Positions 45,281 to 54,322 of a stretch of 64,000 bases of DNA are shown piece by piece. Location: the NCBI GenBank assembly GCA_949299535.1, contig CASGAQ010000007.1, forward strand, positions 181 to 64,180, given 5' to 3'. The position numbers and the translations under genes are program-made. The notes under the pieces were generated by a model, which had not been told where the DNA came from, did not search any database, and saw only the letters and a program-made list of their open reading frames with translations. The stretch comes from an uncultured Eubacteriales bacterium (lineage in GTDB: Bacteria; Bacillota; Clostridia; Oscillospirales; CAG-272). Each line of letters begins with the position of its first letter. The first letter of the stretch is position 1.

Positions 45281-47467
45281 TCAGTCTACGCCCCATTTGT
45301 CGATAGACTCGCCTGCAATAACTTTTGCAGTATCGTTAATGAGCTTTTCAACGGAAGCTCTGCGGATATAGGAACCGAACAGCTCGTCCGACTCGACTCT
45401 GTCCTCGGAAATAAGAGTTCTGGAACCGTCTGCCTCGATACGATACGTTCTCTCGACCGAGTTGGGCACAACGAGCATATATGTCTGGTTGATGACCTTT
45501 GTGACCGTTCCGTCAGCACCTACTACCTCGTCATACAGATCATAAAAATCATATTCGTAAGTCGTGACCTTATATTCCGCCGTGGCGTTGCTTATATTGA
45601 GATAAACGGGAACGAGCATATTATCGTCCGTATAATTGTAATTTCTGGGTTTGTACTCGCCGTCCGCCGTATCCTCAGCCTTGACAAAATATTTGCCCGA
45701 TTCTTCATCGTAATAAGCCTTGTCAAACGCTACTTTCGTGTCTCCGATATAGCCTTCAAGGTTGGAAACAAGCACGTTTCCGCCTGCATACATTACGGTT
45801 ATATAAGAACCGTCCTCTACCACTCTTGTGTTGCCGTCATATTTATAATACTGAGCGCTTCTGTCGCGCATGATGACCTGCGCGTCAAGATGGTATACCG
45901 GGTTAATACTTTCGTCTATCTTCACAACTTCTTCGTTCGTATCTATCATACGGGTGATGAGAACATAGTACAGATCGCGGAAGTTTTCAAAAGTGCCGTA
46001 ATAGTTCGTCTCGTATTTTGTGCGTTCGTACTCAACGTCAAATACAAGAGCGTTGCCGTCTTTATCTTTGATGATATTCTCACCCGCCGCGTCGGTAACG
46101 TCTACATGATAATTGTATGAGTTGCCCTTGAGCGTGAAGCGAACGTCTGTCTTTCCGTCTGCAGAGAGGATTGAGAAATAATCGAGCGAGCCTATTGCTT
46201 CAAAGAAGAGCCTTGCGCTTGTAAAGCTGCTTGCGGACCATGAAACGAAATCTATCGTTTCCGCAGATATCATGGCTATTGCATCTTGGGACGGAGAATA
46301 TGCATAGTAGCACTCCGTTCCGTCGGCAAGAAGCTGCTTTTCGCTGATATAAAGAGTATTTTCATAATCGTTGGAATCGTCGTCAAGACACTTGTAGGTG
46401 AGTTTGATATGATTTTTATCAGTACCCGCCTCAAGTCTTTCCTTATCGAGGTCAAGACCGTATTTTTCATAGACCTCAGTGTCGTATATCTCATCGCCGA
46501 TAGCCATTACAGACGTCGCTTCGATGTATGAAAGGGCGGACAGCACGGTTCTTTCAAACTCGTCGTCATTGAGTACATATCCGCGCGGATATTCCATTTT
46601 AAATGCGGAACCGGTGGAAGTTTCCGTATTCTCGTTTGCAACTATCTGCACAATGAGCTTGCGTTCGTTTTCCACATACCGTTGTATCTCAAAATTTGAA
46701 AGGTATGAAACGCCGTTTCCGCAGTATTTGCCTACAATAGGCGAGACAAGACCGGTTTTGCCGTACATGAGCGAATACGAGCTTGAAGAATCCATTACAT
46801 AAACGATATGATATTCCGATGTTGTGCCGTCTTCGTTTTCAACGACGTTTCTTCTGCCCTCAACATATGCATAGTAACCCGCGCCTGTGGGAAGCACGTC
46901 GCCGATGAATATGCGGTAGGTCGAACCGTCCGAAAGCGTCACTCTGAACCATGCGGGGTCGGAAGCTTCGTCAAGACCGTATTTTGCAAGGTCTTCTTCT
47001 GTCGCATACTCGTCTGCGCGGTAGCTTTTGCTGTCGGCGGCAATAGCCATCGGCTTTCCGGTAGCGACGACTATTCCGGCGACGGAAATTTCGTCGAGAG
47101 TGACATTCTCGCCGCCCTCAAGAGTATAGCTCTTGGAAAGACCGTTGACTTTTCCGTTGAGCACATAAATGCCGTTGTCGTTTTTTACTTCCATTTTGTC
47201 GATATCGGAGCGCTCATAAGGTCCTATCATATAGAGGGTTTCACTTGCCGCGTCATAATGCTCGCCGTCGTAAGTATACGAAACTCCGACGGCTTCTCTT
47301 ACGAGAAGCGGATATACCAGAAAATAGAACAGCGCGAAAAGCGCCGCGAGAACAAGTCCCGCTATGATGAAAATATACTGACGCTGAAGCGTAGTTTTTC
47401 CGGCTTTGGCAGCTTCGCCTCCGGAGAGGTTCTCGCCTGCCGCCGCCTTACGTATCTTTTTTTTCAT
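45281..47467 (-). CDS. large N-terminally anchored extracytoplasmic protein (DUF4340-like partner of GldG-type systems)
   Basis: The 728-aa protein has one N-terminal TM helix and a long beta-rich body. Its start overlaps the upstream stop (ATGA). The assignment rests on context and general composition. Confidence 0.5.
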   Translation of the reverse strand: MKKKIRKAAAGENLSGGEAAKAGKTTLQRQYIFIIAGLVLAALFALFYFLVYPLLVREAVGVSYTYDGEHYDAASETLYMIGPYERSDIDKMEVKNDNGIYVLNGKVNGLSKSYTLEGGENVTLDEISVAGIVVATGKPMAIAADSKSYRADEYATEEDLAKYGLDEASDPAWFRVTLSDGSTYRIFIGDVLPTGAGYYAYVEGRRNVVENEDGTTSEYHIVYVMDSSSSYSLMYGKTGLVSPIVGKYCGNGVSYLSNFEIQRYVENERKLIVQIVANENTETSTGSAFKMEYPRGYVLNDDEFERTVLSALSYIEATSVMAIGDEIYDTEVYEKYGLDLDKERLEAGTDKNHIKLTYKCLDDDSNDYENTLYISEKQLLADGTECYYAYSPSQDAIAMISAETIDFVSWSASSFTSARLFFEAIGSLDYFSILSADGKTDVRFTLKGNSYNYHVDVTDAAGENIIKDKDGNALVFDVEYERTKYETNYYGTFENFRDLYYVLITRMIDTNEEVVKIDESINPVYHLDAQVIMRDRSAQYYKYDGNTRVVEDGSYITVMYAGGNVLVSNLEGYIGDTKVAFDKAYYDEESGKYFVKAEDTADGEYKPRNYNYTDDNMLVPVYLNISNATAEYKVTTYEYDFYDLYDEVVGADGTVTKVINQTYMLVVPNSVERTYRIEADGSRTLISEDRVESDELFGSYIRRASVEKLINDTAKVIAGESIDKWGVD

Positions 47468-49038
47468 GAATGGCGTCTCCTTATCCAAATTACAGTTCCT
47501 GCCACGATAAAGGCAGCCGGGATTGCGACAACGCAGGCTATCGTCCATGCGTTAGTCTGTGCGTTCGTAACGGACAGGGTATTGTCGTCAAACGTCTTAT
47601 ACTTGATATCGTCGAATGTTACCGTACCGCTCCACATAAGTCCCAAAGAATAATAAACAAGCATTTTGTTGTAGTTTGAATTATCATATTCGGAATTTAT
47701 AAAGTCGGAAGAACCTATGCACATTACATAGTGCGTCGTGTTTGAAGGCTCGTTGATATCGCCCTCGATAAGCGTGATGGAAGCAAGACCGACTTCGGCA
47801 TTTTCCGGAACTTCGCCGGATACCTTCGCAGATGAATAAGGTGCAAGAAGGACTTCGCTCGTCGCTCTGCCGTTCAGAGGCGTTATTATCTTGGAATCGT
47901 CATAAACGTATATAGCGCGTGGAGATGTGAATATAACCGGGGCGCTGCTTGAAGTGGAATTGCCTATCGCGCCTTCGAGAAGCTGTGTAGAGATACTGCC
48001 CGTCGTACCTGAATAGTCGGCAAGTATCTTTATGCCGCCGGAGCTTGAAACGGAATGACTGTCATCAGTAACTATACCGCCTATGCCCACGCCCCATTCG
48101 CTCATAAGGTTGTTGAGAGAAGTAAGCGAGGAGCTTGCAGCGTCCAGAGTTATAATGACGTTGCCGTAATTCGTAGCCGCAAAATTGCGAAGCTTCTTAA
48201 CCTCGTTCACGCCGCCGTCGGAGTTGTCAACATAAAGGTCGGATTTGGGCAGGTTTATAAATACAATGGAGCCGTTCGTTATCGTTTCGGGGAAATTTTC
48301 GCTGAGAAGATTTATGGCTTTTACGGAAAATCCCGCGTCTTCAAAAAGAGATACCCAGTCAGAGGCTTCTTCAAGGGTAGGCTCGCCGTGTCCCTGGAGA
48401 TAATAAACGACGGGAGCCGTTTCTTCCCCTATCTTGCCGGCAAGCTGTGCAAAAGCGGAAAGGAACTTCGCTTCTGCGTTATATGCGAAGACATCGCCGG
48501 TATCGGTATCTTCCATATAGAAAGTATTTACGGCGAGTTTTTTGTAGCCGAGGTCGCTTCTGGAATTGTGTTCCTTATCCGCGACTTCTATTATGACGTC
48601 AGTTATGGAGTAACTGTCCGTAGACGTCTTCTGATAATGATTTTTTACAAATTCGGGGTCTTTTGTGGAGTTTATCGCCACAAGCTCTATATGGTCGTCA
48701 AGAGCAACTATCTGTTTTATGGAGCGGTAAACATAATATGTCGCTGTATTGTAATCTCTGAAGGAGTCCTCGTCCATAAGCAGAACGATATTGAAGTAGA
48801 GGTCATTTTCCGGATCTTCGTCGAAGTTGACGTCGAGTATCTCGTCGAGATTTTTGCCGAAAGCGTCGGACAAAGTATAAACGGAAGCGCCCGTAAGGTC
48901 AAAATACCATGAGAAAGTTTGTCCCAGAGAAGCTATTACAATATTGAAAAATATCGCTGCCGCAACGATAACCGCGGTAAAAACCACAGATACGCCGCCG
49001 TATTTGAGATTGCGTTTGTTGACTTTATTTTTTTTCAT
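47464..49038 (-). CDS. GldG-like auxiliary component of an ABC-2 transporter
   Basis: The 524-aa protein has TM helices at both termini flanking a large external domain. This is the usual GldG / ABC-type uncharacterized transport system topology. Confidence 0.6.
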   Translation of the reverse strand: MKKNKVNKRNLKYGGVSVVFTAVIVAAAIFFNIVIASLGQTFSWYFDLTGASVYTLSDAFGKNLDEILDVNFDEDPENDLYFNIVLLMDEDSFRDYNTATYYVYRSIKQIVALDDHIELVAINSTKDPEFVKNHYQKTSTDSYSITDVIIEVADKEHNSRSDLGYKKLAVNTFYMEDTDTGDVFAYNAEAKFLSAFAQLAGKIGEETAPVVYYLQGHGEPTLEEASDWVSLFEDAGFSVKAINLLSENFPETITNGSIVFINLPKSDLYVDNSDGGVNEVKKLRNFAATNYGNVIITLDAASSSLTSLNNLMSEWGVGIGGIVTDDSHSVSSSGGIKILADYSGTTGSISTQLLEGAIGNSTSSSAPVIFTSPRAIYVYDDSKIITPLNGRATSEVLLAPYSSAKVSGEVPENAEVGLASITLIEGDINEPSNTTHYVMCIGSSDFINSEYDNSNYNKMLVYYSLGLMWSGTVTFDDIKYKTFDDNTLSVTNAQTNAWTIACVVAIPAAFIVAGTVIWIRRRHS

Positions 49039-49063
49039 CTGATTTTAGTCCTCCGTATCGTGA

Positions 49064-49774
49064 TTATGCCCAGCGGCGCTTTTCAAGCACTCTTACGGTA
49101 AGGAAAAGGAATATGCCCGAAAGAGATATATAGTAAATGACAGCCGGCCAATCCAAGACGCCTGAAGCAAAGGAAACATAGCGTGATGTTACCGAAAGAG
49201 CAGAGAGAATGTTTCTTACAAACTCGTTGTTTATATAACTGTTAAGGTAGCTTGCGAAAACAAACGGTACAAGCATTGCCATCGTGCTGAAAGCCGCGAT
49301 GAACTGATTCTCCGTAAGAGCGGAAGCAAATACGCCGACAGCAATAAATACGCCGCCTACCAAAAGCACGGCGAAAACACAGCAGAAATATATAACGGCG
49401 TTGGGGTTTCCGTAAAGAACGAGCGGTATATAATATATAAAGGAAGAGAGCAGGAACGAACCGCCGAAAACAGTGAAAGCGGCAAAATATTTCGCCATTA
49501 CTATTCCCGCAAGAGAAACGGGAGCGGTGAGAAGGAGCTGTTCCGTCTTGAGTTTTATCTCCTCGCTGAGCAGTTTCATCGTAAGCAGAGGTATGATAGC
49601 TATGAATATGATTATTATCATCTGAAAATACGAACCGAAGCTGCTGCTCTCGCCCTGCTGGAGCGTGTAGGACATGAAAAACCATGCGCTGACCACCATA
49701 AAGAGCGCAATAAAAATATAGCCTATCGGCGTAGTAAAATATGAGCGCATTTCGCGCTTGTAAACAGCTGTCAT
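49064..49774 (-). CDS. ABC-2 type transporter permease (GldF-like)
   Basis: The 236-aa protein has 6 predicted TM helices. Its start overlaps the ATPase stop by 4 nt. Confidence 0.7.
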   Translation of the reverse strand: MTAVYKREMRSYFTTPIGYIFIALFMVVSAWFFMSYTLQQGESSSFGSYFQMIIIIFIAIIPLLTMKLLSEEIKLKTEQLLLTAPVSLAGIVMAKYFAAFTVFGGSFLLSSFIYYIPLVLYGNPNAVIYFCCVFAVLLVGGVFIAVGVFASALTENQFIAAFSTMAMLVPFVFASYLNSYINNEFVRNILSALSVTSRYVSFASGVLDWPAVIYYISLSGIFLFLTVRVLEKRRWA

Positions 49775-50766
49775 TGTTTTTTATTTCCTCCTTTTTGTTC
49801 ATGCTCATGTTCGGTTTCATCGACGACGGAAATAAATACGTCCTCGATATTCGCGCCGGGAAATTCCAGCAAAAGTATCGGCCACGAGTTCTTTGCCAGC
49901 ATATGGAACATTGGCTTTCTTATATCCATATCATTTTTGCTTTCGATAAGGAAAGTAGCGGAACCGTCGGTATACTGCGCGCCGATATTGGCGTATAAAA
50001 CGCCGTGGAGCTTCTTCAGTTCAGCAAGGACTTTGTCGCTCGGTCCGTCTATGCGGACGGAAATACGGCGGTTTCCGCGAAGCTCGCTGTCGATATTGCC
50101 TGTGAGCTGGTCGGCAACTATCTTTCCTTCGCTTATGATGAGTATGCGGTCGCATATCGTCTTCACCTCGGAGAGGATATGCGTGCTGAGTATTACCGTG
50201 TGGTCTTTGCCGAGCTCTTTTATAAGATTTCGGATATCGATTATTTGTCTTGGGTCAAGTCCGTTCGTCGGTTCGTCAAAAATGATGACCTCGGGATTGC
50301 CCACTATGGCGCCGGCAATGCCCGCGCGCTGACGGTAACCCTTGGAAAGATTTTTTATCATGCGGTTTTCCGTACCGTCGAGCTTTACGACTCTTATTAT
50401 CTCGTTTATATGCTCGCGGCGGTTCAGCGTGCATTTGCGAAGGTCGTATATGAAGTTCAAATATTCCCTTACCGTCATATCGAGGTAAAGCGGCGGCTGT
50501 TCCGGAAGAAAGCCTATCTTTTTCTTTACCTCCATGGGATATTCGAGTATATCAAGTCCGTCCACCATGGCTTTGCCAGACGTCGACGAAAGATATCCGG
50601 TGAGAATGTTGAGCGTCGTGGATTTTCCGGCGCCGTTCGGTCCGAGAAATCCTACTATCTCTCCTTTTCTGACTTCAAAGCTGATGTCGTTTACCGCGTA
50701 TCTGTCCCCGTATTTTTTAACAAGGTGTTCTACTTTTATCATTCCGGTAGCAGCCTCCAATTTCAT
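49771..50766 (-). CDS. ABC transporter ATP-binding protein (GldA-like)
   Basis: Walker A GPNGAGKST, signature LSKGYRQR and Walker B IIFDEPT are present. An alternative start at 50742 (MIKVEHL) is possible. Confidence 0.85.
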   Translation of the reverse strand: MKLEAATGMIKVEHLVKKYGDRYAVNDISFEVRKGEIVGFLGPNGAGKSTTLNILTGYLSSTSGKAMVDGLDILEYPMEVKKKIGFLPEQPPLYLDMTVREYLNFIYDLRKCTLNRREHINEIIRVVKLDGTENRMIKNLSKGYRQRAGIAGAIVGNPEVIIFDEPTNGLDPRQIIDIRNLIKELGKDHTVILSTHILSEVKTICDRILIISEGKIVADQLTGNIDSELRGNRRISVRIDGPSDKVLAELKKLHGVLYANIGAQYTDGSATFLIESKNDMDIRKPMFHMLAKNSWPILLLEFPGANIEDVFISVVDETEHEHEQKGGNKKQ

Positions 50767-50933
50767 TTTTCTTTATTTAATACTGATGTTTCTCTGTCAC
50801 ATTGAAAAAATCATATCTTCTATTATATACTCGAAAAGCTGTTTTGTCTACACTTCTTCGGGACTTTTGTGCAAATTTAAGTCATTTTTTACAAAAAGGC
50901 AATAAATCAGCCTCTCATTTGTACGCGAAATGC

Positions 50934-50967
50934 AAAAAAATCACAGGCTCACGCCTGCGATTTTTTT
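50934..50967. terminator. hairpin terminator flanked by A7 and T7
   Basis: The hairpin is TCACAGGC TCAC GCCTGCGA with one mismatch. It lies downstream of the lipoprotein gene at 51014-51556. Confidence 0.65.
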
Positions 50968-51013
50968 GCTTTTGTTCGGTTATTTCAACGTGTCATATTT
51001 GTATCTCGTAATT

Positions 51014-51556
51014 TCAAGACCGATCCGCATGGTAATAAATGAAGATGATCAGATCTATTTCGGGATCTCTGGTTAATTGTTCCAACGATCCTGCCAAGGC
51101 TTCGATATCTATATTTTCCAACTTTACAGTTATTTGTGTGTAGAACTCATGTCCGGGATGATAAGCGTTTCCGCTGCTATAATTTACATACGTAAAGTCT
51201 TTAAACTTTTCTTCCGGAACTATATAAGGAAAATAGAACGACATAAATTCTTGACCGTAATGGCGCAACATATTTATATATTTTGTCAAACATTCAACAA
51301 GCGCCGCCCTGTCGTTTATCGCACAGCGATTTTGTGCCGCTTCATATGAGGATGTGTCTAAATATACGGCAATTTTACTGTAATCAATATCCCCCAAAAC
51401 AACAGGCGTTTCCGTCGTAACTATGGTTGTATCGGTGGGAACGGTTGTTTCATTATCGTTGTTATTGCAAGACGTTAAAAATAAACTTCCCATACAAATC
51501 AAACTAAAAAGTAACATAACACAAACTTTTTTAAGTTTTGATCTTTTAGTTGACAT
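51014..51556 (-). CDS. hypothetical lipoprotein
   Basis: The N terminus is MSTKRSKLKKVCVMLLFSLICMGSLFLTSCNNN, with the lipobox LTSC. Confidence 0.45.
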   Translation of the reverse strand: MSTKRSKLKKVCVMLLFSLICMGSLFLTSCNNNDNETTVPTDTTIVTTETPVVLGDIDYSKIAVYLDTSSYEAAQNRCAINDRAALVECLTKYINMLRHYGQEFMSFYFPYIVPEEKFKDFTYVNYSSGNAYHPGHEFYTQITVKLENIDIEALAGSLEQLTRDPEIDLIIFIYYHADRS

Positions 51557-51798
51557 AAATACACCTTCTTTCATCGATTATCAAGAGCCAATACTTTACT
51601 TTTCTTTTTCATGATAGCATTCCTTTCTTAGAATAAAATTTATTGGGATTTAGAGATTTCATCTCGCCGATTTGATTATAACATATTTAAGCAAAAATAT
51701 CAATATTTTTCCTCCGCCTTTATGGGCAAGATTTCAAAAAAGCGGAAACGCTTGTCTTGAGCGCGCCGATAAATCATTTTTGCGCCGCGACAAAACTA

Positions 51799-51827
51799 TT
51801 GACAAAAAGACTTGTCTGTGGTAGAAT
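51799..51827 (+). promoter_or_regulatory. sigma-A promoter of the pyr operon
   Basis: TTGACA is followed by 17 nt and TAGAAT, with an upstream TG (TGGTAGAAT). Confidence 0.65.
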
Positions 51828-51841
51828 GTAATACAAGATAA

Positions 51842-51876
51842 AATCTTTAAGACGGTACCGTGAGACCGGTAAGATT
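51842..51876 (+). promoter_or_regulatory. candidate PyrR-binding stem-loop in the pyr leader
   Basis: AATCTT..AAGATT encloses GACGGTACCGTGAGACCGGT. The CC-N2-GAGA-CC core loosely resembles the UCCAGAGAGG PyrR loop. Confidence 0.4.
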
Positions 51877-51928
51877 GATAGCTTGGTAATTTTATATATA
51901 ACGTTATATAAAGGCTATTTTTATGTCT

Positions 51929-51955
51929 TGCCCGCACGGTGGCAGGGCATTTTTT
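51929..51955 (+). terminator. leader (attenuator) terminator upstream of pyrC
   Basis: The hairpin TGCCCGC ACGGTG GCAGGGCA is followed by TTTTTTATT. It lies 24 nt before the pyrC start. Confidence 0.65.
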
Positions 51956-51978
51956 ATTGCCCGGAAAAGGAGGATCTG

Positions 51979-53244
51979 ATGAAGCTTATCCTTAAAGGCG
52001 GAAACGTTTTCACAAACGGCGCTCTTTCCCCTCTCGATATCCTTATAGAAAACGGCTGCATTAAAGAAACAGCTTGCAAAATCGACGACAAAAACGCGGA
52101 TATTATCGATGTTCGCGGTCTTGCCGTCTTTCCCGGTTTTTCGGATGTTCATGTGCATCTCAGAGAACCGGGTTTTTTATCGAAAGAAACGATCAAAACA
52201 GGTACGCTCGCGGCAGCGCGCGGAGGATATACCGCCGTTTGCTCCATGCCGAATCTTTCGCCGTGTCCGGACACGCTCGAACACCTGAAAGTGCAGCTTG
52301 ACGCGATAGAGCGCGACGCCTGCATAAAAGTCGTTCCCTACGGCACGATAACCGAAAGAGAGTGCGGCGAAAAGCTCTCCGAAATGGAAGCTATGGCACC
52401 TTACGTCGCAGCTTTCTCCGACGACGGACGCGGAGTGCAGAACGATGAGATGATGGAGGCGGCAATGCTCAAGGCAAAAAGCCTTGGCAAGATAATAGCC
52501 GCCCACTGCGAGGACAATTCCCTGCTTCGCGGCGGATATATCCACGACGGCGAATACGCAAAAGCACACGGGCACAGAGGCATTTGCTCCGAAAGCGAAT
52601 GGAAACAGGTCGAACGTGATTTGGAGCTTGTCCGCAAAACAGGCGTATCATACCATGTATGCCACATCTCGACAAAAGAAACGGTGGCGCTTATCAGACA
52701 AGCGAAAAAGGACGGTCTTGACGTAACGTGCGAAACCGGTCCGCATTATCTTACCATGACGGACGCAGACCTTATGGAACACGGCAGATTCAAAATGAAT
52801 CCCCCTCTCCGTGCAGAAGAGGACAGACGTGCGCTCGTAGAAGGACTTCTCGACGGCACGATAGACATGATAGCCACAGACCACGCTCCGCACACCGCGG
52901 AAGAAAAAAGCCGTGGTCTTGAAAAAAGCCCTATGGGCGTCGTCGGACTTGAAACGGCATTTTCGGTGCTCTACACCGAGCTTGTAAAAAAAGGCGTTAT
53001 GACGCTCGATATGCTCATTGAAAAAATGAGCGCCGCTCCCGCAAAGCGATTCGGTCTCGGCGGCAGCAAAATAGCGGTCGGAGAAAAAGCAAACCTTTGC
53101 GTGTTCGACCTTGATAAAGAGTACATAATAGATTCTTCGGAATTTTTATCTATGGGCAAAGCGACTCCGTTTGAAGGAAAAAAAGTTTCGGGGCGCTCAA
53201 AAATGACTATTTTTGGAGGTAAAACAGTATGGCAGGAAAAATGA
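51979..53244 (+). CDS. pyrC: dihydroorotase
   Basis: The metal-binding motif is DVHVHLREPG. The start is the ATG at 51979 after AAAGGAGG. The track ORF has a spurious 32-aa extension. Confidence 0.9.
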   Translation: MKLILKGGNVFTNGALSPLDILIENGCIKETACKIDDKNADIIDVRGLAVFPGFSDVHVHLREPGFLSKETIKTGTLAAARGGYTAVCSMPNLSPCPDTLEHLKVQLDAIERDACIKVVPYGTITERECGEKLSEMEAMAPYVAAFSDDGRGVQNDEMMEAAMLKAKSLGKIIAAHCEDNSLLRGGYIHDGEYAKAHGHRGICSESEWKQVERDLELVRKTGVSYHVCHISTKETVALIRQAKKDGLDVTCETGPHYLTMTDADLMEHGRFKMNPPLRAEEDRRALVEGLLDGTIDMIATDHAPHTAEEKSRGLEKSPMGVVGLETAFSVLYTELVKKGVMTLDMLIEKMSAAPAKRFGLGGSKIAVGEKANLCVFDLDKEYIIDSSEFLSMGKATPFEGKKVSGRSKMTIFGGKTVWQEK

Positions 53245-54320
53245 ACAGAAAGATAGTGCTTGAAAACGGAACCGAATTCTTCGGCTTCGGCTTCGGCGCG
53301 CAGGACGCTTCCCGCGTCTGCGAAATGGTATTCGACACTTCGATGGCGGGATATCAGGAAATAGTTTCGGATCCGTCATACGCCGGCGCCGCCGTCGTAA
53401 TGACATATCCGCTCATCGGAAACTATGGTATAACGGATGAGGATTTTGAGGCGAAAACGCCCACGATAGGCGCTCTTATCGTAAGAGAATACAACGATTT
53501 CCCCTCCAACTTCAGATATACGAAAACGCTTTCCGAGTACCTTGAAGAAAATCACATTCCCGGAATATACGGCATGGACACAAGAGAGATCACTCGCTTT
53601 ATACGTGACAACGGCTCTTGCAGAATAATGATAACAGACGCAGATACCCCCGCCGAGGAAGCTGTTAAGGCTATCAAAAACACTCCCGCTTCTGCCGATA
53701 TATATAAAACGGTAAGTTGCCGCAAGAGATGGTATGCCCGCACGGCAAACGCAAAATACAATGTAGTCGCCATAGACTGCGGCATTAAGCTCAGCACGAT
53801 ACGCACGCTCGGAGACATGGGCTGCAACGTAACGGTAATGCCCGCAAATGCGTCGGTAAAAGATGTTGAAATGATGTCGCCTGACGGTATCATCATCTCT
53901 CAAGGTCCCGGCAACCCCGCAGACGCGGCAGAAGTTGCCGAGCTCATACGCGCGCTCCGCGGAAAATATCCGATATTCGGTATCGGTCTTGGTCATCAGC
54001 TTATTGCTCTTGCTTGCGGCGCAACGACGTCTAAAATGAAGTTCGGTCACCACGGCTGCAATCATCCCGTAAAAGACCTTACAACGGGCAATATCGAAAC
54101 ATTTACACAAAACCACAACTACGTCGTCGACGCGGACAGCATCGTCGGAACGGGACTTGAAATAACGCACATTGATATTATTGACAAAACCGTAGAAGGT
54201 CTGAAATGTGAAAAAGACCGCATATTCTCGGTTCAGTTCGAGCCGACAACCATGTCCGGTCCCCTCGGACGCGCCAATCTCTATGAACAGTTTACGGCTC
54301 TTATGAAGGAGGACAAATAA
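53229..54320 (+). CDS. carA: carbamoyl-phosphate synthase small subunit (glutaminase triad not conserved)
   Basis: The protein has the strong CarA pattern [27 protein letters not shown] and [13 protein letters not shown]. However it reads GIGLGHQ and VQFEPTT at the Cys and His-Pro-Glu positions. An alternative start lies at 53241. Confidence 0.85.
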   Translation: MAGKMNRKIVLENGTEFFGFGFGAQDASRVCEMVFDTSMAGYQEIVSDPSYAGAAVVMTYPLIGNYGITDEDFEAKTPTIGALIVREYNDFPSNFRYTKTLSEYLEENHIPGIYGMDTREITRFIRDNGSCRIMITDADTPAEEAVKAIKNTPASADIYKTVSCRKRWYARTANAKYNVVAIDCGIKLSTIRTLGDMGCNVTVMPANASVKDVEMMSPDGIIISQGPGNPADAAEVAELIRALRGKYPIFGIGLGHQLIALACGATTSKMKFGHHGCNHPVKDLTTGNIETFTQNHNYVVDADSIVGTGLEITHIDIIDKTVEGLKCEKDRIFSVQFEPTTMSGPLGRANLYEQFTALMKEDK

Positions 54321-54322
54321 TT

